The notes: a model not told the origin generated them from the letters alone. A DNA stretch of 64,000 nucleotides from Myxococcota bacterium (GCA_036339465.1 JAYZAY010000024.1:1-64000), one strand, 5' to 3'; numbered from the stretch's first letter, positions 40,315 to 50,671 are shown. Numbers and translations are program-made.

Positions 40315-41241
40315 ATGATTCAAGGCCAGCATCTTCTTGGAATGGAAGGACTCAGTGCGGATACCATTTATAGTATCCTCGATACTTCCAAAAGCTTTAA
40401 ACAAGTGTCAAAACGGACCATTAAGAAGGTTCCTTCATTGCGAGGGAGAACGATTTTAAACGTTTTTTACGAGGCGAGTACGCGTACCAGGGTGAGCTTT
40501 GAGCTTGCGGCCAAGCGTTTGTCGGCCGATGGCGTTAATATCGCGGCGAGTGGTTCATCCACGGCCAAGGGCGAATCCCTTCTAGACATGGCCCAAACTC
40601 TCGATGCAATGCAGGCGGATGCGGTTGTTATTCGCCACGGGCAAAGTGGGGCACCTCACTACCTCGCTGATCGGATCAACGCGCGCGTGATTAATGCAGG
40701 TGATGGGCAGCACGAACACCCCACGCAGGCACTGCTTGATATTTTCACCATTCGAGAGCATTTTGCGAATCTGGAAGGCCTGGAAGTGGCCATTGTAGGG
40801 GATATTCGACATTCTCGGGTGGCGCGGTCCAACCTAATCGCGATGCGAACGCTCGGTATGAATGTGCGTGTGGCGGGGCCTACTACATTGGTGCCAGCTG
40901 AATTTGAAAAGGCGTATGACTGTACGCGGGTTGCTTCAGTGGAGGAAGCGATGGAAGGTGCACAGGTGGTGATGGCTCTCCGGCTTCAGAAGGAGAGAAT
41001 GGTGAGTGGGCTTTTACCTTCGCTTGGAGAGTATGCGGATTTTTATGGCATTAATAAAACCATGATGGGCTTAATGGCCGATGATGGGATTCTAATGCAT
41101 CCAGGACCGGTCAATCGCGGAGTCGAATTGTCTCCCGATGTGGTGAATTCAAAGCGCAGTGTCATTTTACAACAGGTTGAAAATGGCGTGGCTATTCGCT
41201 GTGCTGTGCTCTTTCTGCTCTTGGGAGGAGAAACGCCATGA
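40315..41241 (+). CDS. pyrB: Aspartate carbamoyltransferase catalytic subunit
   Basis: FYEASTRTRVSFE, KGESL, HEHPTQALLD, MHPGPVNRG. Confidence 0.97.
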   Translation: MIQGQHLLGMEGLSADTIYSILDTSKSFKQVSKRTIKKVPSLRGRTILNVFYEASTRTRVSFELAAKRLSADGVNIAASGSSTAKGESLLDMAQTLDAMQADAVVIRHGQSGAPHYLADRINARVINAGDGQHEHPTQALLDIFTIREHFANLEGLEVAIVGDIRHSRVARSNLIAMRTLGMNVRVAGPTTLVPAEFEKAYDCTRVASVEEAMEGAQVVMALRLQKERMVSGLLPSLGEYADFYGINKTMMGLMADDGILMHPGPVNRGVELSPDVVNSKRSVILQQVENGVAIRCAVLFLLLGGETP

Positions 41242-42530
41242 ACCAGATTTTGTTTAAGGGAGTTCGGGTGATCGACCCTGTTCATCAGCTCGACGGGGAT
41301 TTTGATGTCTTACTGAAAGGGGAGAAGATTGCGGCGGTAGAGCCGGTGGGCAAGCTTAAGCCGACGGGTGAGGTTAAGGTTTTGGATGGTGTTGGGAAAT
41401 GGTTAACCACGCCCTTTGTTGATCTCCACACCACCATTGCCTGTCCGTCGGAGTCCTATAAGGAAGACCTACACTCTGTCCAAGACGTTGCGGTAGCGGG
41501 GGGATTTGGGACAATTTTGTTGATTCCATCCAAAGAAATGCCCATGGATACACCTGAGATTATTCATTATATCCGCGAGCGTGCCGATGCTTATGGCAAA
41601 TGCTCTGTTCTACCGGTTGCGGGGTTGACGCACGGGCTTTTGGGGGAGCGGTTGAGCGAGCTTGGTTTGCTGCAGGCAGCAGGAGCGGTTGGGGTTTCTA
41701 ATGGACCGGTGCCGGTGAAGAACACGCAGCTCCTGCGCAACGCGTTTGAGTACGGTACCGATTTTGGGCTGCCTTTTATCTTGGAATCGATGGATGCTTA
41801 TTTGGGTGAACACGGTGATATGCATGAGGGCGCTATGTCGACGACATTGGGCCTTCGAGGATTGCCGCGGACGGGAGAAGATGTTGCCACCGCCCGAAAT
41901 ATTTTTTTGGCGGAGTTAACCGGGGCAAGATTGCATTTGGTTATTTCCAGCATGGCGGCGGCTGAATGTGTCGCCAAGGGCCAGGCGCGAGGTGTTGATA
42001 TCTCCGCCCATACCTCAGCCCACCATTTATTGATGACCGACAAAGCTCTCGTTACTTACGATACGAATTTGAAATTGAGACCGCCACTGCGGGAGGCCGA
42101 AGACCGGATTGCTTTGGCTGAAGCACTCAAACAAGATATCCTAACTGGCATTGCGTCACACCACCATCCACAGTGTTCTATTGAGAAAGATTGTACTTTC
42201 GGGGTGGCGGGTTTTGGAAGTCTGGGGCTTCAGACTTGTTTTGCAGAAGCCCTTGAGGCGTCAAAGTTACGTCAGATCAATCCGATGAAGCTGCTCGAGA
42301 AGCTTACGGTTGGGCCTGCTGAGGTTATTGGGCTTGAACTACCCGGGCTTACGGTGGGAGCACCGGCCAACGTGGTTATGCTGGATCCCGGTTCTGAATG
42401 GCGACTAAATTCCGAAACGAATCGGAGTAAGAGTGAAAATTCTGCGGTTTGGAATCGGTCCCTAAGGGGTCGGGTTGACTTTACTGTCCTTGATGGAAAG
42501 ATTGCTTACGAAGCGGATATTCAGGCTTAA
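41238..42530 (+). CDS. pyrC: Dihydroorotase-like protein, probably inactive PyrC'/PyrX type
   Basis: DHOase fold motifs are present, but metal and catalytic residues are replaced (DLHTT, ESMD, HLVISS, IASHHHP); coupled to pyrB. Confidence 0.85.
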   Translation: MNQILFKGVRVIDPVHQLDGDFDVLLKGEKIAAVEPVGKLKPTGEVKVLDGVGKWLTTPFVDLHTTIACPSESYKEDLHSVQDVAVAGGFGTILLIPSKEMPMDTPEIIHYIRERADAYGKCSVLPVAGLTHGLLGERLSELGLLQAAGAVGVSNGPVPVKNTQLLRNAFEYGTDFGLPFILESMDAYLGEHGDMHEGAMSTTLGLRGLPRTGEDVATARNIFLAELTGARLHLVISSMAAAECVAKGQARGVDISAHTSAHHLLMTDKALVTYDTNLKLRPPLREAEDRIALAEALKQDILTGIASHHHPQCSIEKDCTFGVAGFGSLGLQTCFAEALEASKLRQINPMKLLEKLTVGPAEVIGLELPGLTVGAPANVVMLDPGSEWRLNSETNRSKSENSAVWNRSLRGRVDFTVLDGKIAYEADIQA

Positions 42531-43039
42531 CAAGAGTCTCGCTGAATCTTTTTGCCAATAAGGTGACCGTTGGGGAGCCTTATACTTTTGGGTTGGTTAA
42601 TCTTAGTATGGGGGCTCATGGGTCTACCAACTTCTCGAACCAGCGGGACTCAATGGGATGGGTGAGGTGGCTCTAGAATTTTAGCTACCCGGTGAATCGA
42701 AGGTATTGATGGCCGGGAGTACGGGAATCCTGGGGAAATAAGTCCCCCCCCCATGAACCCTGGTTCTGTGATTTAGAATTTCCTCACATGAATAAGCGTG
42801 ATCACACACGGTTGTACCAATCCTTTTGGCGTGTTTCTTGAATTTTGAAAACGATGTCGGCTCTATAGCCATCGCTGTGAGAATTGGCCGTTGGATACTG
42901 GAAACGTTTCGTGGGTTGGTGCCTTTGTGGTAGTCTTAGTTGAGTACATGTTGGGATATGGGATGATGTCTCAATTCTTTTAGGCTTACCTAATCGAATC
43001 ATTCATGGCGCTTATCGTATTTTCTTAGTGGAGTGTCGG

Positions 43040-44140
43040 ATGGAGTCCATCATACCCACGGTGATGACCGTTGACGACAACAAAACGGTTCGGGAAATTA
43101 TTTGTGCCTCTTTAGAAGAACGTGGCTACGACGTTGTGGTGGCGGCGGACGGTAAGGTGGCTCTGGAGTTACTTCAGGTTCGAAGAGTGCAGCTGATTCT
43201 TCTCGACGTGATGATGCCAGATCTTGATGGTCTCGGTTTTCTTCAAGCGCTTCGCTCTCGTGACGATAAGACCCCGGTGGTTCTACTGACGGCGAAGACC
43301 GAGACGCGAGTTATTTCCGAGTGCCTTAAGTTTGGTATCAAAAGCTATATATCCAAGCCTATTATTCCCGACCAACTTATCAGGGAGATTGAGTCGCTTT
43401 TGGGTACACCACCCGAAATAGCGTCCATGATAGGTGTGGGGAGGGGGCATGGTTGGGGGCAGATGCTCTTGGTGGACGCTAGTGAGAAAACAGCATTCAA
43501 GTTGCGTGAGCTACTGCCGAATACGGTGGAATTGGAAACGGCGCTTGATTTTCAGAGAGCTCTCAATCGAGCGAGTGCATGTAATTACGGTGCCGTTTTG
43601 GTCGATAATCGGGTGAAGGGGGCTGAATTAGGGGACGCTCTCAATTATTTACGACCTCTTCTTCCACATGCTGTATTTATCGCGCTGTTTTTGAAAAAGG
43701 ATGTCGACCCAGAACTTGTTGCTTGGGAGTTGGGGTTTGATGGCCACATGATTAAACCGATTCGACAAGAGGATATGGAGCATCTTTTTGACGCCATTGG
43801 CTATTACGACTACGAACTCCAAAATGTCCTTTCGGTAGCCGGTACGATATTGTACCCACTTCCGGCTTCAAAATACTCTGCAAGTTTGGAACGCTACTTT
43901 TCGAGTTTGGGGGAACAAATTGGCGATTGGATAGAAAAACTTGGCGCGAATTGTGTGGAGGGTCTTGTTTTTGATGGGACGCATCTGCCGGAATCGTCTT
44001 TGAGTGGTCCTTTGGTGCGGATGGCGGTTCAGTTGAGTCTCGATCTGGGAATGTCCATTGATGTTGTGGGGCGAGATGAGTTTAAAGACGATTTAGGAGA
44101 GCTTTTAAGTTGTGATGATGTTCGATTTAGAGAAATATAA
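43040..44140 (+). CDS. Orphan response regulator with tandem receiver domains
   Basis: REC1 is intact (VDD...LLDVMMP...LTA...SKP); REC2 is degenerate (LLVDAS...VLVDN...IKP); C-terminal domain is possibly STAS-like. Confidence 0.8.
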   Translation: MESIIPTVMTVDDNKTVREIICASLEERGYDVVVAADGKVALELLQVRRVQLILLDVMMPDLDGLGFLQALRSRDDKTPVVLLTAKTETRVISECLKFGIKSYISKPIIPDQLIREIESLLGTPPEIASMIGVGRGHGWGQMLLVDASEKTAFKLRELLPNTVELETALDFQRALNRASACNYGAVLVDNRVKGAELGDALNYLRPLLPHAVFIALFLKKDVDPELVAWELGFDGHMIKPIRQEDMEHLFDAIGYYDYELQNVLSVAGTILYPLPASKYSASLERYFSSLGEQIGDWIEKLGANCVEGLVFDGTHLPESSLSGPLVRMAVQLSLDLGMSIDVVGRDEFKDDLGELLSCDDVRFREI

Positions 44141-44164
44141 ATTTATGACTTTGGGTGTTCTACG

Positions 44165-45295
44165 TTGCTCAGGCTGGCCTTGATGTTTGATGGTTTTAGG
44201 AATGTGGCTCGTTTGGCGCGGTGGCTTGGCCCATGGGCCGACGATGCTTTTCTGCCTAGAGGTATTCAACGGGAGGAGGTGTCATATCCCATGGGGAACG
44301 GCGGTGGTTCTGTGCGGGTGTGGGCGTATTGGCCGCAAAGAAAGAAACTGAAAGGGGCCTATCTTTTGGGACCGGGATTTCATTTTCTTGGTGCTCCCCA
44401 TCCTCGGATGGATAGGCTTGCGCGTGTGTTAGCATCAGTAGGTAACCTCGTTTTTTCGCCTTTTATCAGTGACTACATGAATATGAGGATCCGTCCGGAC
44501 TCAGCGGAGGAGTTCAAGGCCGCATTTGATGGCCTTTTGGTGCATCCGCGTTTCCCAGCTGGTGTCAAGCCGGGGGTGTTTGCTATTTCTTTTGGTTCAT
44601 GGCTCGCGTTGAAATTGGCCACAGATTCTCGACGCGGATCGCGAGTGGGGGGGATGGTTCTCTTTGGTGGCTATGCAGATTGGGAAGAAACCATCGAGTT
44701 TACAGTCAGTGGTGAAATTCGAGGGGTTTCTCAAGGCGCCTATGATATCCGCAATGTTGCTGCAGTTTTTAGGCATTTACTTGAGGCATTTGATGTTTCT
44801 GATGATGTTGGGCTGCTGTTAAATCAACGTTGGATGGAATTGATTCGTCGTACTTGGGAGATCGACAGCATGAAAACTCGGAAGGCCTGTGCTGATCTGG
44901 CGGCGGAGTTAATGGTGGGGTTACCGGAGAAAGTACGTCCCTTATTTTTACAGGGATGCGGGGTTGGTGGAGGCGCCAAAGAGGTTGTTCAAAAAGGTTT
45001 GGAGAGTTTGGATTTTAGTTATTTAAATACAGGAAGTGATTTCCCAAAGATTTCTTGTCCCGTCTATTTGGTCCACGGCTATGATGATGACGTGATTCCT
45101 TATTCCCAGTCGCAAAAGCTATTTGAGATGTTGCCGTCCCATATTGAAAAGGACCTCTTGTTGACTGGGCTTTATGGCCATAGTCGGAGTGAGAAAGGTG
45201 GGTTGAGTGGCAAACTGGGGGCCGTTATTACAGAACTCGTGGTTATGTTCAGAATGTTGAAAGTGTTGGAGGAAATAGGGCGTAAGGGCGCTTAA
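44165..45295 (+). CDS. Alpha/beta-fold hydrolase
   Basis: Nucleophile elbow FAISFGS, VYLVHGYDDDVIP, LYGHS. Confidence 0.75.
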   Translation: MLRLALMFDGFRNVARLARWLGPWADDAFLPRGIQREEVSYPMGNGGGSVRVWAYWPQRKKLKGAYLLGPGFHFLGAPHPRMDRLARVLASVGNLVFSPFISDYMNMRIRPDSAEEFKAAFDGLLVHPRFPAGVKPGVFAISFGSWLALKLATDSRRGSRVGGMVLFGGYADWEETIEFTVSGEIRGVSQGAYDIRNVAAVFRHLLEAFDVSDDVGLLLNQRWMELIRRTWEIDSMKTRKACADLAAELMVGLPEKVRPLFLQGCGVGGGAKEVVQKGLESLDFSYLNTGSDFPKISCPVYLVHGYDDDVIPYSQSQKLFEMLPSHIEKDLLLTGLYGHSRSEKGGLSGKLGAVITELVVMFRMLKVLEEIGRKGA

Positions 45296-45313
45296 GCAAA
45301 GCCCTCTTGATGG

Positions 45314-45985
45314 CTACTTTGAATAGCTCTTTGTTATGGGCAATTTTTCGAGACTCTTTTCAAGCCAGCTCCACTTTTTACTGTGGCCCGCGGGGGGGGC
45401 GTAAATCTGGACTTTTCCGTAGAACACATCGTCGCCGGTGTTCTTAATGGACCAGGAGTTTATCGTTTGGGAAGGGTTTGCGAAGTAGAAATGGTAAGGA
45501 TTTGTATCTCTTCGATTGATGCTTATTGGGGCATTGTTGTGGTTGAGCTCTAGGGTGCTACCCCGAATAAAGAGAATTTCGAGCCGAGAACTTGGATTTA
45601 AGGGGGCGGAGGCCAACCAGGATTGCCCAGGACGAAGTTGGATGAACTTATCGAAGTTCATTTTCATAGCCTGATTGCTGTGCGCTTTGATATCTTCGAT
45701 AAGGCCTCGGTAGGCAAAAAGCTCATCATTCAAAAGGGCGATGGTTGCAGTGTCGTTGGCGGTATTCTTATTGGCTGTGGATAAGCTAAATCGCATTGCT
45801 TTCGCATCACTTTCGGCTTTTTCAAGGGATTCGAAGGACAGGCCCAGCCCCATGATTACAAGAAGGAGAGCCGTCCACCCTATGGGGGTGACCTTCTGGG
45901 CGGAGAGGGTGGCATTATCCCAAGTACGAAAGCGCAAAGCTACGATGGTACCTATGGTCACCATGGCAGGCCCCAAATAAGTCAT
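45314..45985 (-). CDS. Hypothetical membrane protein (2 N-terminal TM helices, coiled segment, beta-rich C-terminus)
   Basis: Long ORF (ORF track gives 45314-46024); start uncertain, placed here at MTYLG. Confidence 0.6.
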   Translation of the reverse strand: MTYLGPAMVTIGTIVALRFRTWDNATLSAQKVTPIGWTALLLVIMGLGLSFESLEKAESDAKAMRFSLSTANKNTANDTATIALLNDELFAYRGLIEDIKAHSNQAMKMNFDKFIQLRPGQSWLASAPLNPSSRLEILFIRGSTLELNHNNAPISINRRDTNPYHFYFANPSQTINSWSIKNTGDDVFYGKVQIYAPPAGHSKKWSWLEKSLEKLPITKSYSK

Positions 45986-47498
45986 GGTATTTTCCCATCT
46001 CACAGTCAACGATAACCTCCGCATTTAGCCCAAAGCTTGGAAAGGATGCAATCCTAATTCAAAAAAAGAAAGTACACCGGGATTTTTAGGCCATACCAAT
46101 AGGTATTAAGGAGCAGTTTTTCATGAGGCTACCATCTTTGCATGAAAGGCTTTTGGCTGCACCTGGGCTGCTGTAGCGAGAAACGAGAAAATCAACATTT
46201 TTGGCATCATCATGACTAAGATTGGTCCAAAGATAGTCTTTGTAACCTTTTTTCTTTGTGAGAAACCTTAAAGTGAATTTTTATGGGCTTGAACCATCTC
46301 ACAACCGACTGCCCACCCCAGAACGTGTCGGGTTATGGGAACCCGAATCTTAAGTTGTTGGCTGCAAAAATGTGTTCACTGCACTTCGAACAATGGTACT
46401 GCCGTTTCGGTTGAATCCCTTTTCGAGATGGTGCGCCAGAAATAAAAAACGCAGCGATCCCATCAAACAACCAATCCTCTTTCTTCTCGAAGCGGCTCGG
46501 GGCTTTCATGTTCTCCTGCGGTGTTGAGTGAGGTAGGGTGCAGTGTCACACCTATCGCTTTGAGCATTGGTGATGACCCCATTTCTCTGGAGTTTATGGT
46601 GGGGTTTTTGTGACCGTATGGTCTGTGGTGTTGCATGCTCCCCAAGCCATAACCGGTTCCGGTGTCTTACGGAATCAAGGAGGTCTAGCAGAGGAGGCGT
46701 CGAGTCGATTTGAGTTAGCGTTGCTTCTGGGGGGGGGATGCGGTTTACCAAAGAGCGGCCTGTTCCCGGAGTTTTATCGACACCATCTTGGGGGCGTTGA
46801 CAGTACGACAGTCTCGGTTGCTATTTCAGAAGCGTATTTGGCTGCGCGATTTGTAGGTGACGCTCTTCTGTTTTTTTTGATTCTAGTTTTCACTTATGAG
46901 AATGGCAAGTAGGGGCGGTCGCATAAAATGGAAATACTTTTGAGCTTCGGATTACCAATCCTTTCGTCAATAGATTGATCTTTATAGACATGGGGGGGAT
47001 GCGTTGGCGTGAATGCTTTTAGGTTTTGGATGATTCGCCGAACATCCGCTCCAAGGTATGTCGCTGGCGATGGTTTATGCTGACGAAAAAGTAGGGCCTT
47101 TTGACGATGAATTCGCGGGTCTGTGGATTCGAAGAGATGAGAGGATTTTAAGGTAAGAGACGGAAAAGCAGAGGCATAAGCTGTTCAAGTAAGCCGTGTC
47201 GATTTTAATCTAAGCAACACTTGGCGGTTCGTTTTTGAAACGAGGGTCGTTTTGGGCGGGGTATGGATGATGCCAAGTTTGAGCTAGGATTGGATGGCAG
47301 ATAATATGCATTATGGTGAAAATAGCGTGTGGGTGGATGTGGGCTCAGGGCTTGAGTCATGGGCTGGCACATTGGGGAGCGTAGCTTGGAGGTTTGGTTG
47401 GCTAAAACCGGAATTCTAGTCCCTGCGGGTTTGCGGGGATCTGTGCTTTGGTCGTTGAATGCTTGGTTCTAATCGAGGGAGGCCGATATGTAGGGGAT

Positions 47499-47912
47499 TT
47501 ATTGGTTGAAATTCGTGGTTGAAACTCGCTCCATAAGCCATCGCAACAGTTCCACATTTCCGAAGGCCCGTACTTGAACATTTTGGCCTGAGAATAGATT
47601 TTGTGGCTCAGCCCCGTCTTCGAAACATTTGGCGACTGCGGGGCCGAAAATAATGCCCACACTGGGGTTCTCAGAAATGCCGCGTTTGATGGTCAGTGAG
47701 TCTCCCAATAGCTCGTAAAAGGCGGAATATCCTGGGCTCCCTGAGACCAAGAATTGGATAGAAAGAAACTGCTGTGGGGAAGCAACGGTTCCATGTTGGA
47801 TGAGCATTGGAAGGAAATCCTCGAAATACGCTTGGCACCGTTCTAGGGGGAATTCCTTAGGCTTAGGCTCTTCGATTAGAGATTCGAGATTTGCGAATAA
47901 AGCTGAAGCCAT
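47499..47912 (-). CDS. SCP2 (sterol carrier protein 2)-like lipid-binding protein
   Basis: IQFLVSG..G..FY...IKRG..ENPSV.I...G...LF....V...GNVELL pattern; AGGAG RBS 6 nt upstream of ATG 47912. Confidence 0.6.
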   Translation of the reverse strand: MASALFANLESLIEEPKPKEFPLERCQAYFEDFLPMLIQHGTVASPQQFLSIQFLVSGSPGYSAFYELLGDSLTIKRGISENPSVGIIFGPAVAKCFEDGAEPQNLFSGQNVQVRAFGNVELLRWLMERVSTTNFNQ

Positions 47913-48108
47913 CATATTCTCCTTGTTGAATCTTGACCATCTTTGACTCAATTGTCGGAAAATTACTTCGATATGTTGCGTCAGTTTTTAACTCTCTGTG
48001 TGGATTTTCGGCGTTTCAGGGTGTTACGACGAATGGAGCAACCTTTTTTTGCGGGTATCGATAATTCCGAGGAACAACAAGGAACCAAACTATTCTAAGG
48101 AGTTAGAA

Positions 48109-48303
48109 ATGTGGTTAGCAACAGCATTGACCCCGAGTCCCCGTCTTCGGCGCCCCGTTCGCCGACAAGCATCTGGGGCTTCTGAACGGCAAGCCTTAGA
48201 CCGCCTAAGGGAGTCGGTAGAACGTATTGACGCGCGACGATTCCCCATCATGGAGGACTTTATTTGGACTTTCTCGGTGACGGTTGAACAGGTTTTACTA
48301 TAA
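48109..48303 (+). CDS. Possible small hypothetical protein (64 aa)
   Basis: ATG preceded by AAGGAG; fills an otherwise empty gap. No recognisable motif. Confidence 0.35.
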   Translation: MWLATALTPSPRLRRPVRRQASGASERQALDRLRESVERIDARRFPIMEDFIWTFSVTVEQVLL

Positions 48304-48467
48304 TTGTGGCTGTGGCCCGGTGGTAAAAATTAGGTGCTTAGACGCCACCAGTAGAACAAGTTACATCTGTTTTCCCTACGAGCGTCGGTTTTTTCTTCCC
48401 CCTTGTGCCCAGGTTGGCTATCTATTGGAGGGGATCGAGCAACCGAATTTTTGGGGAGACGTGTTCA

Positions 48468-49649
48468 ATGAGTTTTGCCGACAGCGACCTACTTTCACCG
48501 GACCTCCACACCAACAATCCCGAACCTTTTTCTGAATACTTAAGAGAAGAGGAACCGCTTTTCTGGGATAAGAGAAGCGAACTATGGGGCGTTTCGAGAT
48601 ACGATGATGTTCTTTTTGTTTCAAAGAACACCGATATTTTCTGTTCAGGCAAGGGGGTTGTTCCCAAGGTAGGGCAAGATGATTGGCCAGATGAGGCTAT
48701 GATCAATCTTGATGGCAAGGCCCACACCAGGCAACGTGCCCTCGTAAGTAAGGGGTTCTCGCCACGTCGAATCGCAGAAATAGAAGACTATATTCGGGAG
48801 GTTGTTTTACAACTTCTCGACGACATCGCAGCCAAGGGTCATGAGTTTGATGTGGTTCAAGATTTGGCCCGTCCATTACCCATGCGTATTATCGGTAAAA
48901 TGTTGGGCTATCCCCTCGATATTCAGGACAAGGTCCTGAAATGGACCGATGTCTACACCCATGCTGGTTGCGGCCCGGACCATATTACCGGGGAAGTGAT
49001 CGAAGCGTTTGGAAACTTTACCGAGTTTCATATGGAGATGATTGAGCAACGTAAGACCTGCCCTGGCGACGATTTATTGAGTGTGTGGCTCGACGCGGAA
49101 CTTGATGGTCACAAGTTAACAGAAGAGAAAATCCTTTTCGAACATAACCTGCTTTTGGTTGGAGGTAGCGAGACCACCCGTAATACCATCAGTTCAGGGT
49201 TTTACGAACTCATGAAAAACCGTGAGCAGATGTGCTACTTACAGGAGCATCCAGAGGCCATTCCGAAGGCGGTGGAAGAGATTATTCGTTGGGCGAGTCC
49301 TTTTGTGAGGATGGCTCGAACTTTGACCCAAGATTATACTTTGCACGATAAGACCATGAAGGAAGGACAACAAATTGTGGTTCTTTACCCTGCCGCGAAC
49401 CGCGACCCACGGGTTTTTGAGGATGCGCAGGTTTTTAATATTCATCGAGAGATGGAAAAACCCGCCCTTTCTTTTGGATACGGAAAACATTTTTGTTTGG
49501 GGGCTGCGTTGGCCCGCCTTGAAATGCGTGTCACTTTTGAAGAAGTCTTGGCGCGCTTTCCCGAAATGCGACTTAAAGAAGCTGTGGAGCCTACTGCCCA
49601 TCCGAGCTCTTTCATTCGCGGCCTTAAGCACCTGCCAGCATTGATTTGA
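48468..49649 (+). CDS. Cytochrome P450, CYP142/CYP124/CYP125-like (lipid/steroid side-chain monooxygenase)
   Basis: I-helix LLLVGGSETT, EEIIR (ExxR), heme motif FGYGKHFCLG; start ATG 48468 after GGGGAG. Confidence 0.93.
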   Translation: MSFADSDLLSPDLHTNNPEPFSEYLREEEPLFWDKRSELWGVSRYDDVLFVSKNTDIFCSGKGVVPKVGQDDWPDEAMINLDGKAHTRQRALVSKGFSPRRIAEIEDYIREVVLQLLDDIAAKGHEFDVVQDLARPLPMRIIGKMLGYPLDIQDKVLKWTDVYTHAGCGPDHITGEVIEAFGNFTEFHMEMIEQRKTCPGDDLLSVWLDAELDGHKLTEEKILFEHNLLLVGGSETTRNTISSGFYELMKNREQMCYLQEHPEAIPKAVEEIIRWASPFVRMARTLTQDYTLHDKTMKEGQQIVVLYPAANRDPRVFEDAQVFNIHREMEKPALSFGYGKHFCLGAALARLEMRVTFEEVLARFPEMRLKEAVEPTAHPSSFIRGLKHLPALI

Positions 49650-49680
49650 CGCGAAGTTTTAGAGCAGGCCTGGATCTCCT

Positions 49681-49884
49681 CTAGGTTGTTTTTATGGAGA
49701 TGGCGCCCTTTGGACATCTGGCTTCTGCCTGGTAGATCGTTTCTTGCTCCACTCGGTCGACCCTCTCTTCAATCACGATGAGCTCATCGTTTTCTTCATC
49801 GATGGTGAAAACTTCGGGGGAAAAATCGTTGCAGATGAAATTCGATTCACAAAGGTCCCAATCGATCATGATTTTCATTGGCAT
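49681..49884 (-). CDS. Single-cluster ferredoxin (3Fe-4S type, P450-associated)
   Basis: IDWDLCESNFIC...PEVF...CPKGAI: CxxNxxC...CP motif. Confidence 0.88.
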   Translation of the reverse strand: MPMKIMIDWDLCESNFICNDFSPEVFTIDEENDELIVIEERVDRVEQETIYQAEARCPKGAISIKTT

Positions 49885-49993
49885 TTTTTTCCCCGCTTAT
49901 GCTTCATGGCAATAGAACATGTTTCAAATTGCCTTTCCGGTGATCGGAAATCAAGGTGTTGTCTTCTTTTCGCGAGGACGATACCCATGCATT

Positions 49994-50671
49994 ATGGAGC
50001 AATTGGGACAACACGGTGAAAATCGATCCTTTGTTCTCGGCCATACTCGAGTGGGACGCCCTTCACTGGTTGCGGAATGCCCGCTTCACCTTGCCGATGC
50101 TGACAACCCTTTTTGGGAGCAGGCAATTGGTAACGAGTCTGAGAGTTGGCTTCCCCTTCCCTATTGGGCTTTCGCTTGGAGTGGCAGCCAGGCGTTGGCG
50201 CGCTACGTTTGGGACAATCCTCGTGTGGTTCGCGGGCTACGTGTACTGGATTTTGGCTCGGGTTCTGGCCTTTCGGGACTGGCGGCGGGTTTGATGGGCG
50301 CTAAAGAAGTGATCCTTAATGATATTGATCCTATGGCCATGGCCGCTGCCGAGTTAAATGCCGAGTTGAATCAGGTGGTGGTCCACTTGGAATCTTCAGA
50401 CCTCTTGTCGTCTGTGGTGCTACCTAAGGTAGATGTGGTGTTGGCCGGCGATGTTCACTATGAGGAGCCATTTGCCCGGCGGGTACAAGGTTGGTTGGAG
50501 GCTTGGGCTAAGAAGGGTGTGACCGTTTTGGTGGGAGACCCGGGTCGGGTCTATCTGCCCGAGATGAAATTCCAAATTGAGGCACAATATTGCCAAGATG
50601 CGTCAAACTGGTTTGAGGACCATGAACTTTGCCGAGCTAAAGTTCTCTCTCTTGAGAGCAATAGGTTATAA
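49994..50671 (+). CDS. Class I SAM-dependent protein methyltransferase (METTL20/ETFB-KMT-like, Methyltransf_16)
   Basis: PYWAFAWSG.QALARY, VLDFGSGSG, LAGDVHYE, VGDPGR. Start uncertain. Confidence 0.85.
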   Translation: MEQLGQHGENRSFVLGHTRVGRPSLVAECPLHLADADNPFWEQAIGNESESWLPLPYWAFAWSGSQALARYVWDNPRVVRGLRVLDFGSGSGLSGLAAGLMGAKEVILNDIDPMAMAAAELNAELNQVVVHLESSDLLSSVVLPKVDVVLAGDVHYEEPFARRVQGWLEAWAKKGVTVLVGDPGRVYLPEMKFQIEAQYCQDASNWFEDHELCRAKVLSLESNRL

